A stretch of 63,584 bases of DNA, counting the filler, from Reclinomonas americana ATCC 50394 (lineage: Eukaryota): assembly GCA_048213135.1 (NCBI GenBank). It is 14 parts of 14 records of this genome, joined end to end, with 100 filler letters (N's around TTAATTAATTAA, not from the genome) between each part and the next. Parts side by side here need not be neighbours in the genome. Positions count along the whole stretch, not along the records: positions 12,206 to 19,101 come from AFZH01019652.1; positions 19,202 to 26,475 come from AFZH01019654.1; 12 more parts are not named here. One strand, written 5' to 3'. The translations under genes were made by a program, and so were the position numbers. The notes beneath the pieces were generated by a model that was not told the DNA's origin, searched no databases, and worked only from the letters and a program-made list of their open reading frames with translations. Below, piece by piece: positions 13,201 through 24,800 of this stretch. Position 1 is the first letter of the stretch. Each line of letters begins with the position of its first letter.

Positions 13201-15332
13201 AGCCGAGCGAAATCACAGGTTGGACTTTCCCGTGCCTGTGCGCGTACTCACAAGCTCATTTCGTGCTGAACGTGTGGACTCGCAGATGCCAACCGCCCAC
13301 AGTACCTTCAGGTCGCCCACATGTTGCAGCGACATGCCAAGTTTGCCTCGAGGTACGCTACCGCGAATGCGTGAGATGTTTGTCCCAAGTTGCACGTACT
13401 TACTGTCTGTTGACAACAACCGAGCAGCGCCGAGTCGGTGCTTTCACGGTATTACATTGGATGTCAAACGCGGTCTCTGGAGAGTGCCATTCTCGATCGA
13501 GTACCTGCCGACATCTCTGGACACATTGTGGTGCGCCTTTTCTATTCCTCAGCATGCATGTCGTCTTGCTTTGTTCTGAAACGATACGACCAGGTGTGTG
13601 GCCCGTTTGCTGATCTGACCTTCTTTGTCATGCCATTGCGAGCACGGTACCTGGGGTCCGCCGAGTCTCTCATGGACATTGTGGTTCTGTATGACCGCGC
13701 TCCTACAGGTCAGCCTCGCTGTTCTCCACAGAGTATGCGTGCGCGTTGTTTTGCTCACATGTTGTGTGTGCGCGCGCGCAGCCGACGAGTGGGCACCGCT
13801 GTCCGCGTTCGAGCGCGTGTGGGTTGTGGTCGGCGACGCTCGCGGTAAGTGTGACGTGGTCACTCGTTGTTGTGCCCGTGAAGAGTGCCCACGTCGAAAT
13901 GTGTGCGATGCAGAGCTTGTACACTTGGATCGATGCAATTCACGCTCCGCGCGCACTGTCGTGGTTCGTCGATGCTGTGCTGCCACTCGGTTGTTTCACT
14001 GAACCAGCAATGCTAATTGGTGTGTGCATCAGATTCTCCAACACTCCAAGCGAAGCGTCAGCGACAGTGATGCCGCGGACACGACGCTTGACGATTACAT
14101 GGCCATCATGATTCAGCTGCAGGCGGTACAGTCGTACTCCAACAAGGTGTCTGTAATAACTGACATTGGTGAGGACCTATGCAGTGCGTTGTGCTCTCTC
14201 CTGCCACTTGCCTCGCTAACAATGGGTGCACAGTTCACGAGTCGAGTTTGGTGTTTCTGCGCCCGCGCTCGCGCCTGGCCAACACTGCTGAAGAGTTTTG
14301 TGTGCATTCACTGCGCGTCTGCGTGCGCATGCATGACTCGCACTCATCTTTACTGCGAACGCCCTCAGTTACACGTATGCACTGCCGGTGGTGGCCTCGG
14401 GTCGCGCGTACACGAACGACACGCTGGACAACTTGTTGTGCATGGTGTGTCTGTCACCATGCGTTTCTGTTTTTTGGTCGTTTATTCTGACCCTGCGCTC
14501 CCTCAGTCGTACTACACACCCGCTCTCCCGGGACTTGTGGAGCATCTGGTCGGCGCTGTGGACTCGGGCATGCGAGAATTCTCCATTCCGCAGGGTCAAG
14601 TGTACTCCATGATTTGCCCCGCATCCCTCGCCGTTGCGTGGTGCCGTTTGTGTACACAAGCTGGTGAATTGTCCTCACGTCCAGTGCAGGGTCGTGAGTT
14701 CCGCGACGTGTTCTCCAATTTGCTGCACGGCTTTGGCATCCTCGTGCTGTCGCTGTACAGACATCCGTCGGTGAAGGGTGCCGACTTGCCGTACGTGTAC
14801 ACTTGCCCGCCACCACATGCGGTGAGTGCGCATGCGACCGTCTTGCTTGTTCGAGCAGTTTTTTTCGCGACTCACCGTCTTCACGCAGGAGGTGAACGCG
14901 CTGGACAAGTTCATTGTGCTCTCGCAGCGTGATCCGGCCACCATTCAGCTCGGCGACATGAACTTCGACGCCATGTCAATAGCGACGCCGGCTGCCAGTC
15001 TTGCCAACACTGTGCACGTCGACTGGAACTCACCGTCGCCACCGGGGTCGGTCGTGCGACCATTTTTAGCCGGGTTCGCATGCACAGACTTCTTTGTTGG
15101 TTGGTTGCTAGTCGCGTAACTTACCTCTTCCCCGGTCAGTCGAGATGCGACGAGCGTGGAGCTGCCGGGAAGCCCCGACGTCGAGATGAGCAACTTACCG
15201 ACAGCGTCGCGAATGTCGTCTGTGCGGGTACTGGCGAATGGAGTGGTGCGTGGAACAGAAACTCTCCCGAGTGCTTTGCTGATACTGACTCACGCTTTCC
15301 TGCAGACGGTGATTGGAAGATCGCCCGGGTAA
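10298..15332 (+). CDS. Slo/BK-family potassium channel, paralog 2 (tandem duplicate; spans gap 12106-12205)
   Basis: S4 FLRVLRLLRLMRLFRL; pore TTVGYGDFTP at ~11810; RCK motifs ARSCLVPGFAVFLNNL and GRAYTNDTLDNLLCM/SYYTP; shares intron positions with paralog 1. Confidence 0.88.
12106..12205. other. Assembly gap linker (N-TTAATTAATTAA-N); first of 13
   Basis: Same 100-nt linker also at 19102, 26476, 32196, 34013, 38146, 39837, 45013, 47063, 52798, 55238, 58519 and 60947. Confidence 0.97.
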
Positions 15333-15471
15333 GATGATGTAAATAAAAAAGTCCTGTTAGTGTCAATCGTGTCTGCGTTTGTTATTATTAGGAGAGGCGT
15401 GGAGATCAGAGAGTGAGACGGGAACGCCGGCCACTGCCTTCTGTGTGTGTGAGTGAGCGAGTGAGACTTGG

Positions 15472-15964
15472 ATGGCGTCGAGATCCAACTCGGCCAAGAG
15501 CAATGGATCCAGCAATGCCTATCTCGTCAAGGGTGGGACGCGCACACACACTCACTCACTTGCAACGAAGCTCACACACACCTGTGTTGTTTCTCTCTCT
15601 GTGCTCTGTGTGTATCTCTCTTCCTCCTCTCTCTTGTGTGTGTGCGTGTGTGAATCAGTGGTGCTGCTTGGCGACAAGGCCGTCGGCAAGAGCTCATTGT
15701 TGTTGAGATACACGCGGAATGAGTTTAATCTGGAGTCACGCATGACCATTGGCGTGGAGTTCTCCACCAAGGAGGTGGTGTTGGCGAGTGGCTTGCGAGT
15801 GTCGGTGCAGCTGTGGGATACCGCTGGACAGGAGAGGTTTCGCTCAATCAGTCAATTGTTGCGTCGCACACACACAACGAAGCACGCATGCTTTCCTTGA
15901 GAGAGCACAGTGTTGCTGGAGCTCGTCCTCCTCCCCTTCTTCTTCTTCTTCTTCTTCTTCTTCT

Positions 15965-16011
<47 letters not shown>

Positions 16012-16554
16012 GTCCTCGTCCGTTCATTCGCTGTATGTGTGTGTGTCGCACAGTTATTACAATGGAGCCAAGGGCGCGATGTTGGTGTACGACATATCAA
16101 ACGCGGAGACCTTTGTCAACGTGCAGTACTGGCTGGAGGAGCTCAAGGCCAAGAGCTCACAAATGCCCGTGTGCCTCCTGGTCGGCAACAAGGTCTTTTC
16201 CCATTCGTCGTACTCGATCGCTTGTTTCTCTTCTTGTTGCTCACTCCCATGCACACACAGAACGACCTGGAGCACCTGCGCGAAGTACCTACGTCGGAGG
16301 GAGCGGCACTGGCACGACGCGAGGGCTTCATGTTTATCGAGGCCTCGGCGCTGGCAAGTGCCAATGTGGAGCTGGCGTTTACCCACCTCCTGGAGGAGGT
16401 GATGTCGAGAGAGACCACGCGGAAACTGAATCGCAGCGGTGACAGCGATGCCGGTGACGAGGGCGCACAAGGCGGCGCAGAGACACCGACCAGGGTCGAC
16501 TTGTCGCGACGTAACACACTCGAAATACCAAGGCCCAAAAAGCCATGTTGTTGA
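15472..16554 (+). CDS. Rab-family small GTPase, Rab11-like
   Basis: Spliced product has GDKAVGKS, TIGVEF, LWDTAGQERF, GNKND, EASA and a C-terminal CC prenylation motif; three GT-AG introns. Confidence 0.92.
15936..16010. repeat. (TTC)n microsatellite in Rab intron 2
   Basis: Long TTC run seen directly. Confidence 0.95.
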
Positions 16555-16671
16555 CCGAAGAATAGGAAGTACGCACGCTCAAGAGGGGGAAGGGGCACCT
16601 AGTGTATCTGGCTGTATGATCGCCTTGCGTCCTGCAGATCATCGTTTTCATTGATTAGATCGCTGACTAAA

Positions 16672-18497
16672 ATGGCAACGCAGCAACACCCCTCGCCCTC
16701 ATCGCCCTCGTCTGAGGCGGAGGACGATGTGAGTCTTGGCCCACTGCCAGCCTCGTGCTTGCAATACGTCTTTGCGTTCCTCGTGGTCGAGGACTTGGAG
16801 CGACAGTGGACCACCAGTCGAGCATTCTGCAAAGCGTTTGGTGCGACTACAGAGAGCACACATCTCTGTGTGTGCGTATGGACTCTCGCTCTCTCTAATG
16901 CAGCCCTCCCTCTCCCACACAGAGCGATTTGTCGGCTGTGTCCGCATTCGCGGATTTCAGGCGGCTGCAGTGCTGGCGCGCGGACTCGACTTGTTCCCCC
17001 GTCTGTGCAACATTGAGCTGAAGGATGCCGATCTGCCGGCGCAAGGCGCAGCGGCGGTGATCTGTCGAGTGTTGCGTGAGCGGCCTCTGCTCACGCACTT
17101 GTCGTTGAAACGTGCGCCATTGTGTCACAAGAGAGGCGAGTTGTCTCCCGTCGGCTGATGGCTGCTTGCTGCGTGCAGACGTGGAGCTGCAGGACGAGTT
17201 CATGGCGTCGATTGCGGAGGGCCTGGCGGCGAACACGAGTCTGGTGGTGTTGCGACTGGAGAGTTGCGCGTCGCCGCACTGCTGCGAGAGTGCAAGCGGA
17301 ACACTGACGACGCTTTTTTTTCTTTGCCATACGCACAGGCAACCGCATTGGCTGCGATGGCGCCGAGGTGTTGGCCACCAGCCTCGAGCAGCATCCGTGC
17401 CTGAGAGTGCTCTCGTTGCAGGGCAATCGCGTTGGTGAGCGCGGGGTGGCGGCCCTGGGCAAGTGCGTGCTGGCGCGTGTGCACAGTGTCAATCTGCAGT
17501 CGAATCGTTTGGGTGCTGGTGGTGCCGCCAACATTGCTGCGTCTCTTGCGCAACACGCGCGAGGTTCATTACGTTCCATCAATCTGTGTGGATGCCGTCT
17601 GGAGGATGCCGGCGTGGAGCACTTGGCGGCTGCGCTGCGCGTCAACAGCACACTCACCTCGTTGAATGTGCAATCGAATCGCCTCACGGACGCCTCGGCG
17701 CTGGTGCTCTCCGACGCCCTCTGCAGCAACCAGGCGGTGCGAAAGCTGGACCTCTTCTGGAACGGCATCACGGCGGAGGGCGCGCGGCACTTGGCGCACC
17801 TGCTCACGCGACCCGGCTCGTGTCTCGAGTATTTGAATCTGGCACGGAACAAGATCGGGCCACTCGGTGCGCGGGCACTGGCCGAGGCGCTAGTGGACAA
17901 GCACTGCGTCCTCCAGGTGCTGCATTTGGCCTCCAATGACATTGGCGCCGGCGAAGGCTGTGAGGCGCTGTGCGACGCCCTGCGCGCCAACCCCGTTCTG
18001 CAGCACCTGCACGTTCCCGGCAATCGATGTATGTTGTCTCTTACTGTCGGGCCGCTGAAAAGAAGCAGCTCAACTCGTGATCTCGCGCAGTCGGCGACCA
18101 GGGAATGCTTCAGGTGGCCGAGGCTCTGACGCACAACACGCATCTCGAGTCAATCAGTCTGCAGTCGAACAGCATCAGCGACGAGTGCGCGGAGCAGGTG
18201 GCGACCACGTGGACAAGTGCCACGGGTGAGGTCGTTGCCGGCGATGGACTCGTGCTGCACTTGCGGCGTCTGCGGTTGCAGAGTGCGTATCCATCCACAC
18301 CGCGCCCCACTCCCTTTCACCTCCTCATCACCACCTCACCTCTCGGTCGCGCAGGCAACCAGCTGACGCCTGTCGGAGTGGATCTGATTGCTCGAGCGTG
18401 CAACGCGCCGACTTCACGCTGCTCCTTCGATCTCGACCCCGCAGCGGCGACGTCGTTCGGTGCCGATGCCATCGACGCGACAGACGACCACGAATAA
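16672..18497 (+). CDS. F-box-like plus RNI-type leucine-rich repeat protein
   Basis: N-terminal LGPLPASCLQYVFAFL...SRAF resembles an F-box; many LxxLxLxxNxIgxxG repeats (NSTLTSLNVQSNRL, LEYLNLARNKIG). Confidence 0.8.
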
Positions 18498-18788
18498 TAA
18501 TTGTAGTAGAATTATCACCGATAGAACGAGGAATCGGGAAGAGGGAGGAGAGTCTGCGCTTCAATTATAGGTCACGGGAGCAGCAGTGAGCAAGGAAGGG
18601 GGAAAATGAGAGTCGAGCAAAGGGCAGTCTGGCTAACAAAATACACACATACAACACGCACAACAGTCGCAAGAAGGAGGTGAGTGTCATTGCCACGCAC
18701 AAAAATCCTGTACATCAAGGTCTATCAGAGGGAAGGGGAGGGGGAGAAAGTCAAGGATGAAACTAGAGCCACACACACACAACAACAA

Positions 18789-19060
18789 CTAGACCGGCAC
18801 GGGTGGCGGGGGGACATAGTCCGCACGTCGACTCAATCTCATCACAATCTCATACAGCGTGGAGGTCAGCGAAGACAACGGCACGGAGACCATGAGTCGC
18901 GGGAAGAGGCCCTTGGCTAACGCAATGGCGCCTTCCCTTTGCACGACCCGTTTGAGAATGGCGAAGACATTGGTGCCGCCATACGTCCCTATTCGTGTTT
19001 GCAGGCGAGACTTGGCGAGGTCCAGAGGATTCGTCAGCACTGCCATAGACACAGACTGGC
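18789..19060 (-). CDS. Mitochondrial carrier (SLC25) protein, 3' fragment
   Basis: TNPLDLAKSRLQT is the Px[DE]xx[KR]x[RK]LQ signature; followed by KGLFPRL...LYE; 5' part lost in gap 19102-19201. Confidence 0.85.
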
Positions 19061-19240
19061 TGTGAGTCGTCTGTGGAGGGGGTGCGTATATGGGCGCACG
19101 CNNNNNNNNNNNNNNNNNNNNNNNNNNNNNNNNNNNNNNNNNNNNTTAATTAATTAANNNNNNNNNNNNNNNNNNNNNNNNNNNNNNNNNNNNNNNNNNN
19201 NCGTACGGTACCGAACGGACGGACGTAGTACGGTACGTAC

Positions 19241-19241
<1 letters not shown>

Positions 19242-19290
<49 letters not shown>
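19242..19290. repeat. (CA)n microsatellite
   Basis: CA run seen directly, next to an assembly gap. Confidence 0.95.
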
Positions 19291-19292
<2 letters not shown>

Positions 19293-19299
19293 CACGCAA

Positions 19300-19492
19300 C
19301 ATGGTACACGCCGGGAAACGCCTGCTCAAACTGCTTCTCAATGTGCCGCTTGATGATGCCAATGGGATGCGCGGGCAGTCGGTGCAGTGAGCGACCGACT
19401 TTGGCCTGCACGGAGGCTGGAATGTTGCAGGTGATGGTGCTGGCAGTGGATGCGTTGGACAGCCATGCCCGCGAGATGCGTGTGCTCCACAT
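19300..19492 (-). CDS. FARS2: Mitochondrial phenylalanyl-tRNA synthetase, first exon
   Basis: MWSTRISRAWLS presequence then NIPASVQAKVGRSLHRLPAHPIGIIKRHIE, like the organellar PheRS N-terminus (N....I..KVGRNLH....HP...IK); remainder in the gap. Confidence 0.72.
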
Positions 19493-19552
19493 GGTGTGCA
19501 CGACAACAAAGGAAGGACAAAAAACTTGGCGATACACATAAAATGCCGACGT

Positions 19553-21574
19553 TCACTCAACAGCAATGCAGTGTCGCATATCAAACTGCACCACGCGTGG
19601 ACGAAGCGACAAGCGACGTCCAGCGGTGCTGGCTGTGGGTGGCGAAGGCGCGTTACTGACCACCTGGTCAATGTCGAAACCAAAGGAGCAATCCTTGCGC
19701 GTCAACACAATCGGTGGCAACGACGTCGCCGACGACAGCGAAGACGACGACGGAACCACTGGTGGAGTTGGCGGCTGCTGCTGCTGTTGTTGTTGTTGCT
19801 GCTGTTGTTGCCGCTGCTGCTGCTGTTTCAGTCGCGCGACGGCGGCCGGGCTGCGAGGCCACGACGCCGCACTGCGAACGAGAATGCCGGTTTTTGGAGG
19901 ATCGGGAAGCGGTGGCATAGCCATCGAGGTCATTGCCGCTGCTCCACTAGCAGCACCTCTCCTCGCTCCACCTTCACCGTCGACTGAGCCGTGCGCCTCG
20001 CTAGAGGTCACGGAGCTTGTGGCGGCAGAAGAAGCAGACGTGTTGTGCGAATCGGTTCGTGCTGCAGTTGCCGTCTCTGCTTCCTGGTACGCGCCATCGT
20101 CTGCGTCCTCGGTCGACATGGCATCCTCCGAGAACGACGACGTCCCTGACTCGGTGGACGACAGGGACGGCGATCGCCGCACCAGCAGATTCAACTTGCC
20201 GCCACCATCGAGAACGGCCAGATCCTGCGGCGACAGCGAACACATGCCGCCAATCAACGACGCCAACAGTGGCGACGGTAATCGGCGGGTGGGCGATCCG
20301 GATGCAGCAGCCAGACCGCTGTCCACCGACGGTGATCGCGTGGCGTGCGGAAGCGAGGCCGAGCGACGCGATCGTCTGTGAGCACCACCGCACACGGTCA
20401 TGATTGTCAGCGCACATCGAGGAGTTGGAACTGCAGGATGCACATCCTACTCGGTCTTCGTTTCTTTCCCTACGACTGTCCCTCTTTCCTCCCGTCCTCC
20501 CCCTCCCCCACCCAGCGGCATGACAAACCTGGGTGGTGACTTGACACCTTCGATAAGCGGCGACGACCCTCCAGCCGTCGGCGCAGGCGCCGTCTCCGGC
20601 GATCGCACCCTCCGACGCTCCCGGTCCGCATCCTCACCCGACGACGACGACATGGCACCACTGCTCGGCGACGACGACGACGCCGACCAGGCGGCATGAC
20701 TGCCGCCACCGACGGCGGCAGTTGCGGTCGACACTTGCAATTGACCAAACGAAACTCGCGGACCCACCGTCGGTCTCCGCACCCCGATGCCCCCGCCCGC
20801 ATTCGTCCCAAAGATGAGCTCGTCGCCACCCCCTAACCGACCATCGTCGTCATCGTCATCATCATCATCGTCGTCATCGTCATCATTCCCACGAGGCTGA
20901 TCACCACCAACACCGCCATGACGATTCGTTGACAGGGGTCCAAACGTCGGCGGCGACAGCAGCGCCGGTGGCGACGACGAATCCGACAGCATCGACAATG
21001 GTGTAGTCGGCGACGACATGGACGACACCGTGGTGCTGCCGGAGCCCGCCGACTTGATGCGTAATTGGACACTGGCCACGGTGTTGCCACCACTCGACGA
21101 TAGCGACGACGGCGTGGAGTTCACCGTCGGCGTCGTAACCGCAGTGCCAGTGCTGGCACGACGAGCACCCACAATACCACCACTGTTACTGCCACTGCTA
21201 TTGCTGTTGCTGTTGCTGAGTGCGTTGTGGTGGCGGCGCGACATGACGCTGGCCGAACTGCCGGCACGTTTCAGACCGCGAGACACAACTGGTGGTGGCT
21301 GCTGTTGTGTGTCACTGGCAGCCTTCAGTCCCCCTCCCCCTGCTCCTGCTCCTGCTCCTGCTCCATGTGGTAATGAGGGCAACATGGAGTCGATGCCCCA
21401 CACAAGCTGCGCCGTGACCAGCATCGCGTCGCTGCTCTGTGGTGTGCTTGCGTGATTGGCCACTTGGTACTTGCGTGCTGTGCGGCGGCGACTTCCTCCT
21501 CCTCCGCCGCCGCCTCCGCCACCTCCGCTGCTGCTGCGACCAGAGGTGGCCGACACACTTGTGCGGCACCCCAT
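19553..21574 (-). CDS. Low-complexity Ser/Gln/Asp-rich protein with N-terminal MGC motif
   Basis: ORFs 20447-21574 and 19553-20443 join in frame via a GT-AG intron at ~20378-20529. Confidence 0.55.
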
Positions 21575-21815
21575 CAGTCAATCAATAAATCACAGACAAA
21601 TGTTTAATGGACAGACGTGCGGACTATCATGCTCGCAGGTGAACGTTACGACTGCAACGTTTTTTCTGGTTTTGTGGTGGGAGAAGAACAGAAGCGCGCC
21701 ACATCCTCTCTCTCTGTGTGTCTGTGTTTGTTTGCTGTGTTGTGTTTTTGTGTGTTGCGTCCGTTTGTGACTGTGAGAGAAGACAAGAGAGATTGTATAA
21801 ATTTTTCGAGAAGCA

Positions 21816-24800
21816 ATGACCGAGGTGGAATCGACCTTGTTTGGCAACGTGATCGTGCTGTCGCGCGCTGGCACCGAGGGTGCGGCGTTTCCGCTGGAGG
21901 ACCGCGAGTGCACGTTTGGCCGGTACGCTTGTTGTCTGTGTGCGTGTGTATGTGTGAGTGTGAGTGTTTGTTGACGACTTGGCGGGCTGCAGTGGCCCAT
22001 CGAGCGACATTCGCATTCAGCTGTCGACCGTGTCGCGGCAACATGCGCGCATCTATGTTGACGAGAAGGAACAAGTTGCGGCGCATGCTGCCCGTTTGCG
22101 GCGGGGCAGCACAGACTGACCAAAACACGCACACAGGTGTGGATTGAGAACTGCAGCTCCACGCAAGAGACCATTGTCAACGACGAGGTGATTCAAGGCC
22201 CAGTGCTGCTGAGCAACCTGGATGTCATCACCATCGCCGATCGCATGTTCCGCTTTGAAGGTGTGTCCCCACTGCTGACCGCCGCTACTCGCTTGCGCAT
22301 CGCCTCACGCCCATCTCAGCTGCACTCAAGAGCAAGTTGACGCCTGGTTCTGGCAAGAAGCTGGCAGTCGCCAAGCGCTCTCCATTCGCCGACAGCACCA
22401 ACATTGCGGCAAAGAGCGTGCACCCGGTGAATCGCATGGCCAGCGACGACACCCTGACCATGCCGCCGAAGAAGAGCCCGGCTCCCTCCAAGGCTCCTGC
22501 GGCCGAGGACCGCGAGAACGCCCGACCGGCCTCTGCCAAGAAGTCGGTAAGTGATGTCGCAAGCATGCCAGCTCACGTCCCCCGACCCATTCTCAAATGT
22601 TGTTGTGTGTCTCGCGAAGTTGGCCACTCCGTTGCGACAGGCGCTCGCGAATCGCCGCCGAGTCATTGAGGGTCACGACAGCAGCGTCGACATGTCGAAG
22701 AGTTGCGTCGCTGCCTCCCCACGCTTTGTGTCCGTGTTCACTGGCTCACGCACTGTGTGTGCGTGTGTGTGTGTAGGTTCCCAGGAGGAAGATTTTGACA
22801 AGCCAGAGCCGATGGTTGAGGAAGTGGCCGTCGTTGAGCCCGTGCCGCAGGCCGTGGCTCCAGTGCCAGTGCCAGAGTCGGTGATGGAGGAGAAGGAACA
22901 GGAGAAGGAGGAGGAGGAGGAAAAGTTTGTCGTTGAGCGCGTTCCGCCTCCCTCTCGCCTGATGACCCCGCTGCGCCGCGACATTGAGGCGCGACGCTTG
23001 CCGAGCGCTCAAAAGTCACGCGCGGTTGCCGCCTTTGTGGCACCGCAGTTCGAGGAGCGCGAGGCCGACCTGTTGCCGGTGGACGAGGACAATGACGATG
23101 ACGACGAGGAAATGGACCTCGTGCCCATTGCGGCAACGGCCAAGCCGCTGATGGAGGAGGACACGAACGGTGCGGCCTCTCATCTCATGTCTACGAGTCT
23201 TATTTTTTGATGCTCATCGTGTTCACTCAACCAGATTTCTCGTCGGTCATTCGACGCCTGTCCATGGACCTCGACGGCAGCTTTGCCGCCAATGAGGGTG
23301 CGTGTGTGTGCATTGCCTTGTCAACGAGTTGTGTTCCTGCACTCACAAGCATGCGCTGTAGAAATCGAGTCTGTGCGCGTGGAGGCCCCCAAGAGCCTGT
23401 TTGCCAAGATCAAGAAGCGTCGCATGACCGCCTCGGCCCTGCCCACTGCCTCTGTCACTCCGTCGGCATCCATCAAGAAGCCGAAGAAGTCGGCGGCCAG
23501 CACCGACCGCAAGAAGGCGAAGAAAGTGAAGAAGATCAAGCGCAGCAAGTCCGCCGCCGGCGCCGCCGACGAGGAAGACGAGGAGGCCGTGGCCGGTGCG
23601 TTATCAATGATAACGAACCGTCTCTTCCTCTACTGACTCACCTGTTAACGTCTGTTGTGTGCAGTTGGCGACGACTCCTTCACCCAGCGCGTGATCAATG
23701 CCAACCCCTCGTGCAGCATCACCCCGATGAAGCGATCATCGGAGAAGCAGCCGCCGCCAGAGTCGATTCTGCTCCGTTCTGCTGCCTCGGCTGCCGCCGC
23801 AGCCGCCATCATCACCCCTGGTCGCTTCAGTGAGAGTGGCAAGACGCCGCGGGAGCGCCGCAAGAGCGTGCAGTGGTCGGAGCGCCTCGAGCGCACCTCG
23901 CCGACTGTCCCCTGCGGCCGTCTCTCCGCCGTCTCCATCCTCGACGAGTCGGGCAACAGCCGCCTCTCGGTGGGTCAGCTGAGCTCCAGCGCTCCCGACC
24001 AGTCCATGGTTTGTAAGAATCGATGCTGCGCTGTGCTTCTATTGATCTGACATGACGGTGCGCAGGCGACGCCTGGACACTTTGTCGAGGGCGAGATTCC
24101 GGAAACCGACGAGCATGACTCCGAGGTGGAGGACGAGGAAGACGCTGAGCAGGCGACTGACGGTCCGACGGCCATGGAGACGGAAAGGTATACCAACGTG
24201 TCGTGTATGCATGTGGTGGTGGTTCTTTAAGTGTCCTCAATTCCACGGGCCTGCCACAGCGTGGAACCCCAGCGCCGCCTCAACACGCCGTTCAAGAATG
24301 AGCTGATGGCCGCGGCTACCAGCAAGACGCAGAGTCGGTACGTGTGTTTGTCGCAAGAGCAGAGTACGAGAGACTCGGTTTTCCTCACACGCTGCTTTCT
24401 CAGTGCCAAGCGCCTGCAAACTCCACTGAAGAATGAGCTGTTGGCTCTGGTGGCTCGCAAGCAGACAACAGTTGTCGCGACCGCCGAGCCCACCGCTGCC
24501 CCGTCGCCCGCGCCCCAGGCAGCAAAGGAGGAGGAGATCAAGTGAGTTGTCACCCATTACACGAATGCTTTGCTTTGTCTGCTCACTGCTTCCATCAGGC
24601 CACGACGGCTGCAGACGCCTCTGAAGAACGAGTTGGCCAATGCTGTGGCCAACAAGCGCAAAGCTGTTGTGCCGGCTCCTGCGGAAGCCGTCATGTGAGT
24701 GTTCTCTCTGCGACTCTCCCTCCCTCTCGCTTCAACGTACTCACTCGAAAATGACAGCAGCCAGCCACGCCTGCAGACTCCCATGAAGAAGGAGATCGCC

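Noticed and set aside
15856..16052. Possible non-canonical TT..AC intron giving QSYY in the Rab gene
   Set aside because: The canonical GT-AG junction keeps frame (QFYY) and uses the common GTTGCG donor.
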